From positions 1 through 34,610 of IMG/VR virus record IMGVR_UViG_3300048851_000188: a stretch of DNA of 34,610 nt. One strand, 5' to 3'. Under the pieces are notes generated by a model. It saw only the letters and a program-made list of their open reading frames with translations, searched no databases and was not told the origin of the DNA. The DNA comes from a virus. Taxonomy: Duplodnaviria > Caudoviricetes. A program made the position numbers and the translations under genes. How positions within the stretch are numbered: the stretch's first letter is position 1; every line of letters starts with the position of its first letter. Positions 1 to 9,396 of this stretch are shown piece after piece.

Positions 1-840
1 TCAGTTGTTGTTGGCCGCCTCACGCCGCGAGCATAGCGCGGTCGCATCGAAGTTCGCCACCACCAGCTCGCTGACCTGCTTCGCCGCCCCTGCCCCGACC
101 GTATAGGTCACCGGCAGCTGCACCTGGTGGAACCGCCCGAACACCTCGCGCGCACCGGGCGTGTCGTTGATCGACAGCAGGAACTTGCCCTTGATGCCGG
201 CGAGCTGGTCGGCCAGCGCCGCGAAGTCGGCCCGGCCGAACACGTCCTGGCCATAGTCGGTCTCGCAACCCCAGTAAGGCGGATCGAGATAGAACAGCAT
301 GCCGGCGCGGTCATAGCGGCGGATGAACTCGGCATAGCCCAGCTGCTCGATCACGACGCCTGCTAAGCGGTCGTGAATGTCGGCCAGCATCGGCTCCAGC
401 TTGGTGACGTTGAAGTGCACGTTGCCTTGCCGGGAAACGCCAAAATGCCGCCCGTTCACCTTGCCGCCGAACGCCAGGCGCTGGAGATAGAGAAACCGCG
501 CCGCCCGTTCGAGGTCGGTCAGCGTCTCGGGCGCCTGCGCCTTCAGCCGCTCGAACTCGTTGCGGCTCGCCACACGGAATCGCAGCATGTCGAGGAAGTA
601 GGGATAGTGCCGCTGCAGCAGACGGAAGAACGTGGCGACATCGCCCGACACGTCGTTGATGATTTCGACCTTCGGCCGCGACCGGCGGCGCAGGAAGATG
701 CCGCCCATGCCGACGAACGGCTCGGCATAACCGTCATGCTCGACCTGGGCGATGATCGCGGTCAGCCGGGACGCAAGATTGCGCTTGCCGCCGATGTAGC
801 CGGCTGCGGGTGCTACGGGACGTACGTTTGTTGGATACAC
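1..840 (-). CDS. DNA adenine methyltransferase (D12/Dam-like family)
   Basis: Motifs YIGGK, EPFVGMGG (SAM binding), INDV and FYLDPPY (catalytic). In-frame GTG at 840 is preferred over the ORF-track start at 951, whose extension overlaps a structured leader. Confidence 0.92.
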   Translation of the reverse strand: MYPTNVRPVAPAAGYIGGKRNLASRLTAIIAQVEHDGYAEPFVGMGGIFLRRRSRPKVEIINDVSGDVATFFRLLQRHYPYFLDMLRFRVASRNEFERLKAQAPETLTDLERAARFLYLQRLAFGGKVNGRHFGVSRQGNVHFNVTKLEPMLADIHDRLAGVVIEQLGYAEFIRRYDRAGMLFYLDPPYWGCETDYGQDVFGRADFAALADQLAGIKGKFLLSINDTPGAREVFGRFHQVQLPVTYTVGAGAAKQVSELVVANFDATALCSRREAANNN

Positions 841-955
841 GGGTAAAAAGCTCGCCTTATGGGGTTCCCGCCCGGCGACATGCCGGGTGCGGGACGGCCG
901 ATGGCCGTTGGTCGTGGCGAGCTGGATTTCGTCGGTTTGCCGGACTGCCATCCGG

Positions 956-986
956 AAAACCCCCGCCAGGCCGAAGCCCGGCGGGG
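956..986 (-). terminator. Rho-independent terminator after the portal gene
   Basis: Minus strand reads CCCCGCCGGGC-TTCG-GCCTGGCGGGGG-TTTT: GC stem, cUUCGg loop and U tract, immediately after the portal stop. Confidence 0.75.
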
Positions 987-993
987 TAGCTGG

Positions 994-2052
994 TCACGCG
1001 GCCTGCGCCGCCTCTTCCTCTTCGAATGCGACGGCGGGCAGGCCCACCGCGTCGTTCAGGTCGAGGAACACCGCCATCAGCGGCTTGATCTCGTTGCGCC
1101 GGAACATCGCTGTCGCATCGGTCGGGTTGCCGAACGCGGAACCCTGTGCCGGCACGATGCCGAGCAGCTGGGGCGGCACGCGATGCGCCGCCATGACGTC
1201 GGCCTGCGTCGCGCTCTTGATGCCAAGGAACTCGTCCTTCGCTGCCGCCTCCGCAATCGAGATGATCTTGATGCTGTTCTCTTTGCCGTTGGGCGCATGC
1301 ACGAACATCGACCGGAAGTTGCCTGGGCCCTTAGCGCCGCGCATCGCTTCCTTCAGCTTGTCGGTGTCGTTCGCGTCGATGTCGCCGGTCGCGTACATGA
1401 TATAGCCGGCATGGGCGCCGTTCAGATAGTAGCGACGGCGAAACAGCGTCGCCGCTTCGTTCAGCAGCGCCGCTTGGAGCGCGGAGATATACTCCGGCAC
1501 GCCGTAGATCTCCTGATTCACGTCGGGCTGCATCAGCTGAACCACGCTGCCGCGGTCGAACTCGCTCTCCGGCTGCGCGCCCGGAACATAGAAGAACCGC
1601 TCAGCCTCGATCCCGCGCCGAGTGTATTTCGCCGGCGCATAGTCGATCCGCATCGTCGCGCCCGACAGGCTGCGCACCTTCACCGCATAGCAGTCGCCGA
1701 ACACCAGATAGTCCTGCACCAGCTTGGCGAACACGGTACGGCTCAACCACTGCGACGGGATGAACGACCCAACCAGCTGGTTGCGTTTGAAGATGATGGC
1801 CGAGCTATGATGCGGCGACACCCGGAACGACCGAGCGAGCCCGTCGCGGGAGATCGGCGGCTCGTACCAGCGGTTGTTGTGGTAGCATTCCAGCATGTCG
1901 AGCAGCTGCCGGCGATCGAGCACGGCCTCCGGATCGCCGAAACTGAAGGCCTCGACGTCGGTGCTGCGCTCGGCCGCCGCCGGCTCGACCGCGCCGGCCG
2001 ACGCGGCGCTTGCCTCGTGCCGCGACATCCGCCGCGCGCTCCGCTTGCTCAT
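994..2052 (-). CDS. Q: Phage portal protein (P2 gpQ / PBSX family)
   Basis: AFSFGDPEAVLD, WYEPP, QEIYGVPEY, AKGPGNF, AAHRVPPQLLG are typical of gpQ. ATG at 2052 overlaps the terminase stop (ATGA). Confidence 0.96.
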   Translation of the reverse strand: MSKRSARRMSRHEASAASAGAVEPAAAERSTDVEAFSFGDPEAVLDRRQLLDMLECYHNNRWYEPPISRDGLARSFRVSPHHSSAIIFKRNQLVGSFIPSQWLSRTVFAKLVQDYLVFGDCYAVKVRSLSGATMRIDYAPAKYTRRGIEAERFFYVPGAQPESEFDRGSVVQLMQPDVNQEIYGVPEYISALQAALLNEAATLFRRRYYLNGAHAGYIMYATGDIDANDTDKLKEAMRGAKGPGNFRSMFVHAPNGKENSIKIISIAEAAAKDEFLGIKSATQADVMAAHRVPPQLLGIVPAQGSAFGNPTDATAMFRRNEIKPLMAVFLDLNDAVGLPAVAFEEEEAAQAA

Positions 2053-3878
2053 TCGATGATCTCCATGGAGCCCTTGGGCTTTTCCTTGCCGTCGAGCGGC
2101 TCGTTGATGAGGACGTGCATGATCGCCCACGCGATGTCGGCATGGCCGTCGTCGCCGCCGCGCCCCGCCTTGAAGGTGACGTTGCGCCCGCTGGTGGTCA
2201 GCGTTTTCTTGATCGAGATGAACGACGACACGATGTCGAGGTAGAAGCTGTCGAACGCCAGGCGCCCGCGGCGCACGACGTTCTGCGCCTTCATCACCAT
2301 GGCCGCCTTCACTTCGAGCGAATATTCGATCTTGGTGACGCCGCGGATCCCGGTCTCGGGTTTGGCGAGCAACTGGTGGACGCCGGCGCCGACGCCCGTC
2401 GCGTCGATGCCCAGATAGGTCACGGTGTAGCGCGACAGCACCGACTGGATGAACGCCGCCTGCTGTTCGAAGTCGAGCCCGCGCAGCTGGTGGCGTTCGA
2501 GGATCCGGAACGGCCCGCCGGGGAACGCCGGCGGCGCCATGATCGCCAGCGCGGCATTGTCGCCATTCTCGCTGTTCTGCGGATCATAGCCGGCCCAGAC
2601 CGCGCGGTGACCATAGGGCCGCGCCGCCTCGGGATCGAAGTCGGTCCAGTCGACCAGGCTGTCGCAGCCGAGCTTGACCAGGTCGTTGAACCGGAATGCC
2701 GACAGGCTGTCGTCGACGAACACGCACCCGAACAGGTTGGCGAACTCGTCCTCGGCATATTCGTCCTGCAGCTCGTCCAGGTCGACCAGGTCAAAGCCCT
2801 TGTCGATCGCGTCCTGCACCGTGACGATCTGGCGCCAGATGCTGTCCTCGCACAGCTTGCCATCCTTCAGCGCGGCATGGCTGACGTCGATCTCGATGCG
2901 GTCTTCCTTCTTGCGCCGGCGGTTCCGGCGCTCGCCCGTCCAGTACGGATAGGCCGGGTGGGCCACGGTCGATGGCGTCGAGAAATAGGTCTTCCGCCAG
3001 TGCTTGTGGGTCGCCATGCCCGAGGCGACCTTGTTCAGCTCCTCGAACCCGTGGACCCAGAAGAACTCGTCGAAATAGAAGTTGCCGGAGCGCCCCTGCG
3101 CGGTGCGAAAGTTGGTACCCAGGAAGTGGAGCTCGGCCGCCCCCTCGCCCTCGGGGCGTAGCGCGCTGGTGATCAGCATCGGGTCGCCCTTCAGGTCGAC
3201 GCCGACCAGCTTGGCAAAGCCGATGATGTAGTTGCGGAACTGGTGCGCCTGCGCCTTGGACGCCGACAGGAAGATCTGGTTGCGGCCGCTTTCGATCGCG
3301 TCGATCAGCGCCTCGAACGCGAAATAATAGGTCGCACCGATCTGGCGCGACTTCAGGATCATCCGCGCGCGGCGCGACAGGTTCGCCCACCACGTCTCCT
3401 GGTACCCGAACAGCTGCTTGAGGAAGATTTCCTTCAGCTCGGCGGCCTGTTCGGCGGTGAAGTGGTTCGGCTTGGCCTTGGGCTTGCGCTCGCCCCGGTT
3501 CCGGTTGGCGACGCGCTCGTTCAGGTCGCCTTCGTGACCGCCCGGTTCCTCATAGCGGCGGACCTTCGCCAGCGCCGCGACCTGCCGGCCGAGCAGGTCG
3601 ATCTCCTTGAAGTCGCCGGGGGTCTTCTTTTCCTTGGCGATCAGCACCATCCAGCGCGCTTCGAGGCAGTCCTCAAGCCGGCGGATGCTGGGCACGTCGT
3701 CCCACTTGCCGCGATCCTTCCACGACTGGACGGTGGTGCGCGCCACCTGCAGTTCCTCGGCGATCTGGCTCACCTCCCACCCGCGCCAGTACAGGCTGCG
3801 CGCCGCGCGCCGGCGGTCCTCGACCGGCAGTGTCAGCGGGTCGGCATGCAGGGCGAGCGGATTGGCGAGGATCGACAT
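2049..3878 (-). CDS. P: Terminase ATPase subunit (P2 gpP)
   Basis: N-terminal HTH (LYWRGW...IAEEL), LKSRQIGAT Walker A-like motif, YFDEFFW Walker B, C-terminal HADIAWA nuclease motif. Confidence 0.97.
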   Translation of the reverse strand: MSILANPLALHADPLTLPVEDRRRAARSLYWRGWEVSQIAEELQVARTTVQSWKDRGKWDDVPSIRRLEDCLEARWMVLIAKEKKTPGDFKEIDLLGRQVAALAKVRRYEEPGGHEGDLNERVANRNRGERKPKAKPNHFTAEQAAELKEIFLKQLFGYQETWWANLSRRARMILKSRQIGATYYFAFEALIDAIESGRNQIFLSASKAQAHQFRNYIIGFAKLVGVDLKGDPMLITSALRPEGEGAAELHFLGTNFRTAQGRSGNFYFDEFFWVHGFEELNKVASGMATHKHWRKTYFSTPSTVAHPAYPYWTGERRNRRRKKEDRIEIDVSHAALKDGKLCEDSIWRQIVTVQDAIDKGFDLVDLDELQDEYAEDEFANLFGCVFVDDSLSAFRFNDLVKLGCDSLVDWTDFDPEAARPYGHRAVWAGYDPQNSENGDNAALAIMAPPAFPGGPFRILERHQLRGLDFEQQAAFIQSVLSRYTVTYLGIDATGVGAGVHQLLAKPETGIRGVTKIEYSLEVKAAMVMKAQNVVRRGRLAFDSFYLDIVSSFISIKKTLTTSGRNVTFKAGRGGDDGHADIAWAIMHVLINEPLDGKEKPKGSMEIIE

Positions 3879-3923
3879 GGTGGCGCGAGCCTAGCCACGC
3901 CTGATCGCCTGAACGGAGCGCCG

Positions 3924-3952
3924 GCAATCGTAGAGTGCGTCTCTACGATTGC
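3924..3952. promoter_or_regulatory. Late-promoter palindrome copy 1, between divergent P and O (putative Ogr activator site)
   Basis: GCAATCGTAGAG-TGCGT-CTCTACGATTGC; recurs before J and V. Confidence 0.85.
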
Positions 3953-4051
3953 GCACGCTTGAGAAGCGGCGCGCCTTCGGTCCCTGTTCGGCTTCGCAAA
4001 CGGCCGGCGATGTCCCGGCAGCATCGAACCGACCCCGAGGACCGCACCGCC

Positions 4052-4897
4052 ATGGCCACCAAGAGCAAGTTCTTCCGCATCGCCGTCGAGGGCGGCACGA
4101 CCGATGGACGCGTGATCGAGCGCGACTGGATCGAGCAGATGGCCGCCGGGTACAATCCCGCGACCTATACCGCCTGCATCAACTGCGAGCACCTGCGCGG
4201 CTACAGCCCCGAGCCGCCGTTCAACAACTACGGCACGGTCTCCGCGCTCAAGACGGAAGAGATCGAGCTGTCGATCGCTGGCAAGACGGAAAAACGCCTG
4301 GCGCTACTCGCCCAGCTCGAACCCAACGACCAGCTGCTGTCCGTCAACCGCGCCAAGCAGAAGCTGTTCACCAGCTGCGAGATCTCGCCGAACTTCGGCG
4401 GCAGCGGCAAGGCCGGCCTCGTCGGTCTGGCGGTCACCGACAACCCGGCCAGCCTCGGCACCGAGATGCTCCAGTTCGCCGCCGGCAAGGGCGATGCCAA
4501 TCCTTTTGCCGCGCGCAAGCAGGACAAGGCGAACCTGTTCACCGCCGCCGAGGAGGCCTCGATTGAGTTGGACGACGCGGCCGATCCGACCGGCCTGGTG
4601 TCGTCGCTGAAGGGCATGTTCGACAGCTTCGCGGCCAAGTTCGCCAAGTCCGATGACAAGCAGGCCGAGCCGCCCGAGCCCGCCAATGACAACGATCTGC
4701 AGGCGTTCGCGACCGCGATGGGCGAGACGATGTCGCAGGCGCTCACCGCAGCACTCGCGCCGGTCAACGCCATCATCGCGAGCATCCAGACCGAGCTGTC
4801 CTCGGTGAAGGGCAAGCTGGAGACAACCGAGGCACCGCAGCAGTTCTCGCGCCAGCCCTCGACCGGCGGCGGTGCGCAGATCCTAACAGACTTCTGA
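4052..4897 (+). CDS. O: Capsid scaffolding protein/protease (P2 gpO)
   Basis: KFFRIAVEGGTTDGRVI, INCEH, GLAVTDNPASLGTE; GAGGA ribosome site upstream of ATG 4052. Confidence 0.96.
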   Translation: MATKSKFFRIAVEGGTTDGRVIERDWIEQMAAGYNPATYTACINCEHLRGYSPEPPFNNYGTVSALKTEEIELSIAGKTEKRLALLAQLEPNDQLLSVNRAKQKLFTSCEISPNFGGSGKAGLVGLAVTDNPASLGTEMLQFAAGKGDANPFAARKQDKANLFTAAEEASIELDDAADPTGLVSSLKGMFDSFAAKFAKSDDKQAEPPEPANDNDLQAFATAMGETMSQALTAALAPVNAIIASIQTELSSVKGKLETTEAPQQFSRQPSTGGGAQILTDF

Positions 4898-4955
4898 TCG
4901 CCAGCTCGGCCGAACCCACCGCCCCACCCGCCTGCGTCTTTCCCCGGAGCCTCCC

Positions 4956-6050
4956 ATGCATAATCAGACCCGCCCGCTGTTCAACGGCCTGCTCGCCCAG
5001 GTGGCGAAGCTGAACGGCGTCACCGACACCACCGTCAAGTTCTCGGTCGCACCTGCGATCGAGCAGAAGCTGGAAGAGGTGATCCAGCTCTCCAGCGAGT
5101 TCCTGCAGAAGATCAACGTCGTGCCCGTCATCGCTCAGGAAGGCGAGAAGGTCGGCGTGGGCGTCACCCGCCCGATCGCGAGCCGCACGCGCACCGACCC
5201 GAAGACGGGCAAGCGCCGCATCGCCACCGATCCGACCGACACCGGCGACCGCGGCAAGTATCGCTGCGAGATCACGCACAGCGACGTCGCTATCCGCTAC
5301 GCAAAGCTCGACCAGTGGCGCCACAAGCCCGAGTTTCAGAAGCTGGTGGGCGATGTCATCGTCAAGCAGCATGGCCGCGACCGCATCATGATCGGTTGGA
5401 ACGGCGTCGCCTGCGCCGAGAACACTGACCTGGAGGCGTTCCCGCTGCTACAGGACGTCAACTATGGCTGGCTCTACAAGATCCGGACCTTTGCGCCGGA
5501 ACATGTGCTGTCCGACGGCGACCTGACCACGGGCGCGACGAAGGCGATCTACGTTGCTGCTGGCGACGACGTCGTGCTGGTCAACTCCGATGGCAGCAAT
5601 GCAGACGAGGCGAATGCGGACTTCGCCAACGTCGACGCGCTGGTGTACGCCGCGACCGAGCTGCTCGACGAATGGAACCGCGACGACACCGACCTGGTCG
5701 TGATCGTTGGCCGCGACCTGGTCCATGCGCACTTCTCGAACTTCATCAACACCGCCGGCAACACGCCGACCGAGGTGGAGGCGCGCAACCGCATCCTGAC
5801 CCTGCCCAAGCAGCTGGGTGGCAAGACCGCGGTCATGGTGCCGTTCTTCCCGGCCGACGCGCTGCTGGTCACCCGCCTCGATAACCTGTCGATCTATGTG
5901 CAGGAGGGCAGCCGCCGCCGCCAGCTGCGCGACGAGCCCGATGACGAGCAGATCGCCGACTATCAGTCGGTGAACGAGAGCTACGTGGTCGAGGACTACG
6001 GCATGACCGCGCTCGTCGAGAATATCGTTCTGGGCAAGAAGCCGGCCTGA
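4956..6050 (+). CDS. N: Major capsid protein (P2 gpN)
   Basis: FSVAPAIEQKLE, DRIMIGWNG, PLLQDVNYGWL, NLSIYVQ, NESYVVEDY. Confidence 0.97.
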   Translation: MHNQTRPLFNGLLAQVAKLNGVTDTTVKFSVAPAIEQKLEEVIQLSSEFLQKINVVPVIAQEGEKVGVGVTRPIASRTRTDPKTGKRRIATDPTDTGDRGKYRCEITHSDVAIRYAKLDQWRHKPEFQKLVGDVIVKQHGRDRIMIGWNGVACAENTDLEAFPLLQDVNYGWLYKIRTFAPEHVLSDGDLTTGATKAIYVAAGDDVVLVNSDGSNADEANADFANVDALVYAATELLDEWNRDDTDLVVIVGRDLVHAHFSNFINTAGNTPTEVEARNRILTLPKQLGGKTAVMVPFFPADALLVTRLDNLSIYVQEGSRRRQLRDEPDDEQIADYQSVNESYVVEDYGMTALVENIVLGKKPA

Positions 6051-6097
6051 TCGGCCGCTTCGCCCGCACCTGATCCGCTCCCATCCGGAAAGTCGCA

Positions 6098-6874
6098 ATG
6101 AGCCTCGCTCGACGCCACCAGGCACGCATCCTGGCCGCACAAGCCGCGACCCTTCCGCATGGGGGCGGTACCGCCACCGCCGCATTGCCGGCGGTGGCGC
6201 CCCCTTCCCTCGACCGCGCCGCGTCGACCGCCGCTGCCCAGATCGCGATGCGCCTTGCGCACGATCTCCGCCGGCTCAAGCAGATCAAGGCGATCTCGCT
6301 GAAGATCGCCGCCAAGCGCGAGATGCTGCCGGAATATACCCCCTGGGTCGAAGGGCTGCTTACCGGTGCGACCAAGGCTGGTGCCGGTGCATCCGGCGAC
6401 GTGCTGCCGACCATCATGGTCTGGCGGATCGACGTGCGCGATTTCGCCGGCGCCATGCCGCTGATCGAGCATGTCCTGCACCACAACGTGCCGATGCCCC
6501 AGCGCTACGAACGCGACGCTGCGACGCTGATCGTTGAGGAAGTCGCCGAGGCCGCAATCAAGGCACAGGCCTCCGGCGAACCTTTCGACCTCGCCGTGCT
6601 GGAGCGCGTAGATGAACTCACCGTCGCAATCGACATGCACGACCCGGTGCGCGCCAAGCTGTTCAAGGCGATCGGCTGCGAGCTGGACCGTACCGCGCGC
6701 GCCGCGGCCGAGGCAGGCACTGTGGCGCTGCCGCTCCTACGCCAGGCGCTTGCGGCGCTGCAGGAAGCGCAGAAGCTCAACGACCGCGTCGGCGTGAAGA
6801 CCACCATCCGCTGTGTCGAGAAGGCCATTCAGGCAGCGACGCCGCAACCTGATTCCGCCGGCACTGCCGGCTAA
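6098..6874 (+). CDS. M: Terminase endonuclease subunit (P2 gpM)
   Basis: MSLARRH, DLRRLKQI, KREMLPEY.PWVEG, MVWRID, DMHDPVRAKL; follows N. Confidence 0.93.
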   Translation: MSLARRHQARILAAQAATLPHGGGTATAALPAVAPPSLDRAASTAAAQIAMRLAHDLRRLKQIKAISLKIAAKREMLPEYTPWVEGLLTGATKAGAGASGDVLPTIMVWRIDVRDFAGAMPLIEHVLHHNVPMPQRYERDAATLIVEEVAEAAIKAQASGEPFDLAVLERVDELTVAIDMHDPVRAKLFKAIGCELDRTARAAAEAGTVALPLLRQALAALQEAQKLNDRVGVKTTIRCVEKAIQAATPQPDSAGTAG

Positions 6875-7023
6875 CCAGCTCGCCCCCCGGCGCTCGGGGG
6901 CGGATCGCAAGACGCGGGAGGGCCTTCGGGCTGAGGGCCGCGATTCTCCGATCCCCACCCCCGTTTCTTTCGAGGACCCCGGATGTCGCCCACCCCCACC
7001 GCCTTTCTCGCCCGGTTGCTCGC

Positions 7024-7509
7024 ATGAACGGCTTCGGCTGCATCAGCTCGGTCGTTCCGGATCCCGTCGTCACCGTCGAGACGGTCATAGACGACGACTG
7101 GTACCCCGCAATCGATCCCGCCCAGCTGCGGCGCGAACATCGCCTGGGCGACCTTGCCAAGGTCACACCCGAACGGCTGCGCGCCGCCATCCTTGAGGCG
7201 CTGATCTCCGTCGACAACCAGCTCGGCGTCTGGGCGATGCGCCAGATCGCTGCGGGCTACGCCTCGCTCGGCGAGGTGCCCGCGCGCAAGTTCGACGGCG
7301 AAAGCCGCCTGGTCATCTCCTTCCGGCGTGCGGTCGGCGCCCTGACCAAACTGGAGCTGATCGAGCGCCATCGGGATCTCGACACCACCGCCGCCGGCGA
7401 CCGGGATGCTGCCGCGCTGGATCCGTCAATCGGCGAGCTGCGCCGCGATGCCGTCCACGCCATTCGGGACATCCTCGGCACCACCCGCGCCACCGTCGAG
7501 CTGATCTGA
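7024..7509 (+). CDS. L: Head completion/stabilization protein (P2 gpL)
   Basis: WYPAID, VTPERLR.A, C-terminal AIRDILG..R.TVELI. Confidence 0.92.
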   Translation: MNGFGCISSVVPDPVVTVETVIDDDWYPAIDPAQLRREHRLGDLAKVTPERLRAAILEALISVDNQLGVWAMRQIAAGYASLGEVPARKFDGESRLVISFRRAVGALTKLELIERHRDLDTTAAGDRDAAALDPSIGELRRDAVHAIRDILGTTRATVELI

Positions 7510-7724
7510 TGGCCGACGTCATCCACGCGCGCCAGGGCGATACGCTCGACCAGCTTCTGCACCGCGAACGGGCGCTCGGCCCGGAAGCGCTTGGCACCGT
7601 CCTCGCTGCCAACCCCGGCCTCGCCGCGCTGGGCGCGGTCCTGCCGACCGGCACCGCCGTCATCGTCCCGCCCGCCGCGCAGGCCGCGCCGGTCGAGCGC
7701 CAGTACCTCGATTTCTGGGACTGA
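7509..7724 (+). CDS. X: Tail protein X (LysM-like)
   Basis: ARQGDTLD, VLAANPGLA.LG.VLP.GT.V, terminal WD. Confidence 0.93.
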   Translation: MADVIHARQGDTLDQLLHRERALGPEALGTVLAANPGLAALGAVLPTGTAVIVPPAAQAAPVERQYLDFWD

Positions 7725-7726
7725 CC

Positions 7727-8071
7727 ATGTCCAAGCTGCCCGACATCCTCGATTCCTTCCTGACCTTCCTCGCGGGTCTGTCGCCCGGCGCGCTCGGCGC
7801 CGCGGTCAGCCTCGCCCATGAGAAGGGGCTGACCTGGTCGGAGCGCTGCATCCAGTTCGCCGCCGGCACCACCGTCAGCTGGTTCGCCCAGCGCGGGATC
7901 GGCGCGCTCTACGCCTTCGACCCCTTCGTGCTGCAGGGCATCGGCTTCAGCGCCGGCATGGTCGCCTTCAAGTCCACGCCGCGCTTCATCGCCAGCGCGG
8001 CCGACGTGATCGCCGGCCTGCCGGCCATGATCCGCGACCGCTTCTTCCCCGCTCGAAAGGACAAGCCGTGA
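7727..8071 (+). CDS. Putative holin
   Basis: Small protein with 2-3 hydrophobic segments and a basic C-terminus, between X and the endolysin. Confidence 0.65.
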   Translation: MSKLPDILDSFLTFLAGLSPGALGAAVSLAHEKGLTWSERCIQFAAGTTVSWFAQRGIGALYAFDPFVLQGIGFSAGMVAFKSTPRFIASAADVIAGLPAMIRDRFFPARKDKP

Positions 8072-8652
8072 CCGACACGCGCAACCCCGCCCCGGCGCCC
8101 AAGCGGCGCACCCTCGCCGGCGTGATCGGCACGACGCTCGGCGCCGTCGCGCTGTTCACGGTGACGCCGTTCTTCGAAAGCGGGCGCACCGTCGAAGCGG
8201 GCGTCACGCCGGCCGGCGACGTGCAGATCCGCCATGTCGCCGGCCGCCAGTACCTCGACGCCTATCTCGACATCGTCCGCGTGCCCACCGCCTGCGACGG
8301 CATCACCAAGGGCATCCGGATCGGCCAGCGCTATACCGAGGCGCAGTGCACCGCGATGCTGGAGCGCGAGCTGATCGCGCATGCCGAGGAAGTCATCGCC
8401 TGCGTACCCCAGCTCTACGGCCGCGAGCGCGAGGCGCCCGCCGCCGTGTCCCTCGCCTACAACATCGGCGGGCCGAAGTTCTGCGCGTCGACCGCAGCCC
8501 GCCACTTCCGCGCCAAGCGCTGGACGGAGGGCTGCAGCGCCCTGGTCCTGTGGAACAAGGCCGGCGGCCGTGTCGTGCAGGGCCTGGTCAACCGCCGCGA
8601 GCGCGAGCGCGCGATCTGCCTGCGCGGCTTCAGCCCCCGAAAGGATCCGTGA
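8068..8652 (+). CDS. Endolysin, GH24 lysozyme with probable SAR anchor
   Basis: Basic N-terminus then a Gly/Ala-rich hydrophobic stretch; YLD.V.VPTACDGIT, SLAYNIG, W.KAGG, GLVNRR..E...C. Confidence 0.93.
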   Translation: MTDTRNPAPAPKRRTLAGVIGTTLGAVALFTVTPFFESGRTVEAGVTPAGDVQIRHVAGRQYLDAYLDIVRVPTACDGITKGIRIGQRYTEAQCTAMLERELIAHAEEVIACVPQLYGREREAPAAVSLAYNIGGPKFCASTAARHFRAKRWTEGCSALVLWNKAGGRVVQGLVNRRERERAICLRGFSPRKDP

Positions 8653-9170
8653 TGATCGCAGCCGCTCTCACGAAGCTCGCCCGCGCCCGCGAGTGGCTCA
8701 CCCTGCTCGCGCTCGGCGCCGCCGCCGCATGGATCTACGTCCAGTGGGCCGAGGCGGACCGAGCCCGCGACCGCTATGCGCAATGGATCGATGTCACCTG
8801 CGCCGGCGCCGGTGCGCCTTACGCCGGCGGCAGCGAGCAACGCACCGACACGGCGGGCAAGCCGGTGACCGTCACCTTCGCCGAGGGCCAGCGCTGCCGC
8901 ACGGCCATCAACCTCGCCGTCGCCTTCAAGGGCGAGACCGACCGCGCCACTGCCGAGCGCCTGGCGCGCGCCATGCTCGAACACGACGGCAAACTGCTCG
9001 CCGATGCCCGCCTCGCGCGCGTCGCGGCCGAAGCCGCCAAGGCCGCTACCGAACGAATGGAGATCGCAAATGCCGAAGTCGAAGCACAGCCGGACGGCAC
9101 GGGTCACGTCGATCGCGCTTGGTTCGCTGCTCTTAATGACCTTGCCGGGCTGCGCGCACCGAGCCGTTGA
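8652..9170 (+). CDS. Inner-membrane spanin (Rz/LysB-like)
   Basis: Single N-terminal TM segment (WLTLLALGAAAAWIYV) followed by an Ala-rich coiled-coil; follows the endolysin; ATG at 8652. Confidence 0.75.
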   Translation: MIAAALTKLARAREWLTLLALGAAAAWIYVQWAEADRARDRYAQWIDVTCAGAGAPYAGGSEQRTDTAGKPVTVTFAEGQRCRTAINLAVAFKGETDRATAERLARAMLEHDGKLLADARLARVAAEAAKAATERMEIANAEVEAQPDGTGHVDRAWFAALNDLAGLRAPSR

Positions 9171-9396
9171 AGTTCCGGTACCGCAGCCGGTGCCGGTGGC
9201 GGTCGAGATCCGCGACACGCCGCCGGCCGAGCTGCTGCGCTGTCCCGAACAGCCCGCCGGCTTCCCCACCGACGCCCAGGCGACCATGCCGGCCGGCGTC
9301 CGCTCGGCCGCGATCCGCATGGCGCGTGCCCTGCGCGACCGCGGCGACCAGCTGGTGCGCCTGATCCGCTGGCACGACCCTGAGGCATGCCGGTGA
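9070..9396 (+). CDS. Outer-membrane spanin lipoprotein (Rz1/LysC-like)
   Basis: Lipobox LPGC after a hydrophobic stretch; Pro-rich with PPAELLRCP; overlaps the 3' end of Rz in another frame. Confidence 0.78.
   Translation: MPKSKHSRTARVTSIALGSLLLMTLPGCAHRAVEVPVPQPVPVAVEIRDTPPAELLRCPEQPAGFPTDAQATMPAGVRSAAIRMARALRDRGDQLVRLIRWHDPEACR

Noticed and set aside
860-993. Possible cos site near the portal gene
   Set aside because: GTGGCGAG only weakly resembles the P2 cohesive end and is explained by the leader stem; cos may lie left of the window.
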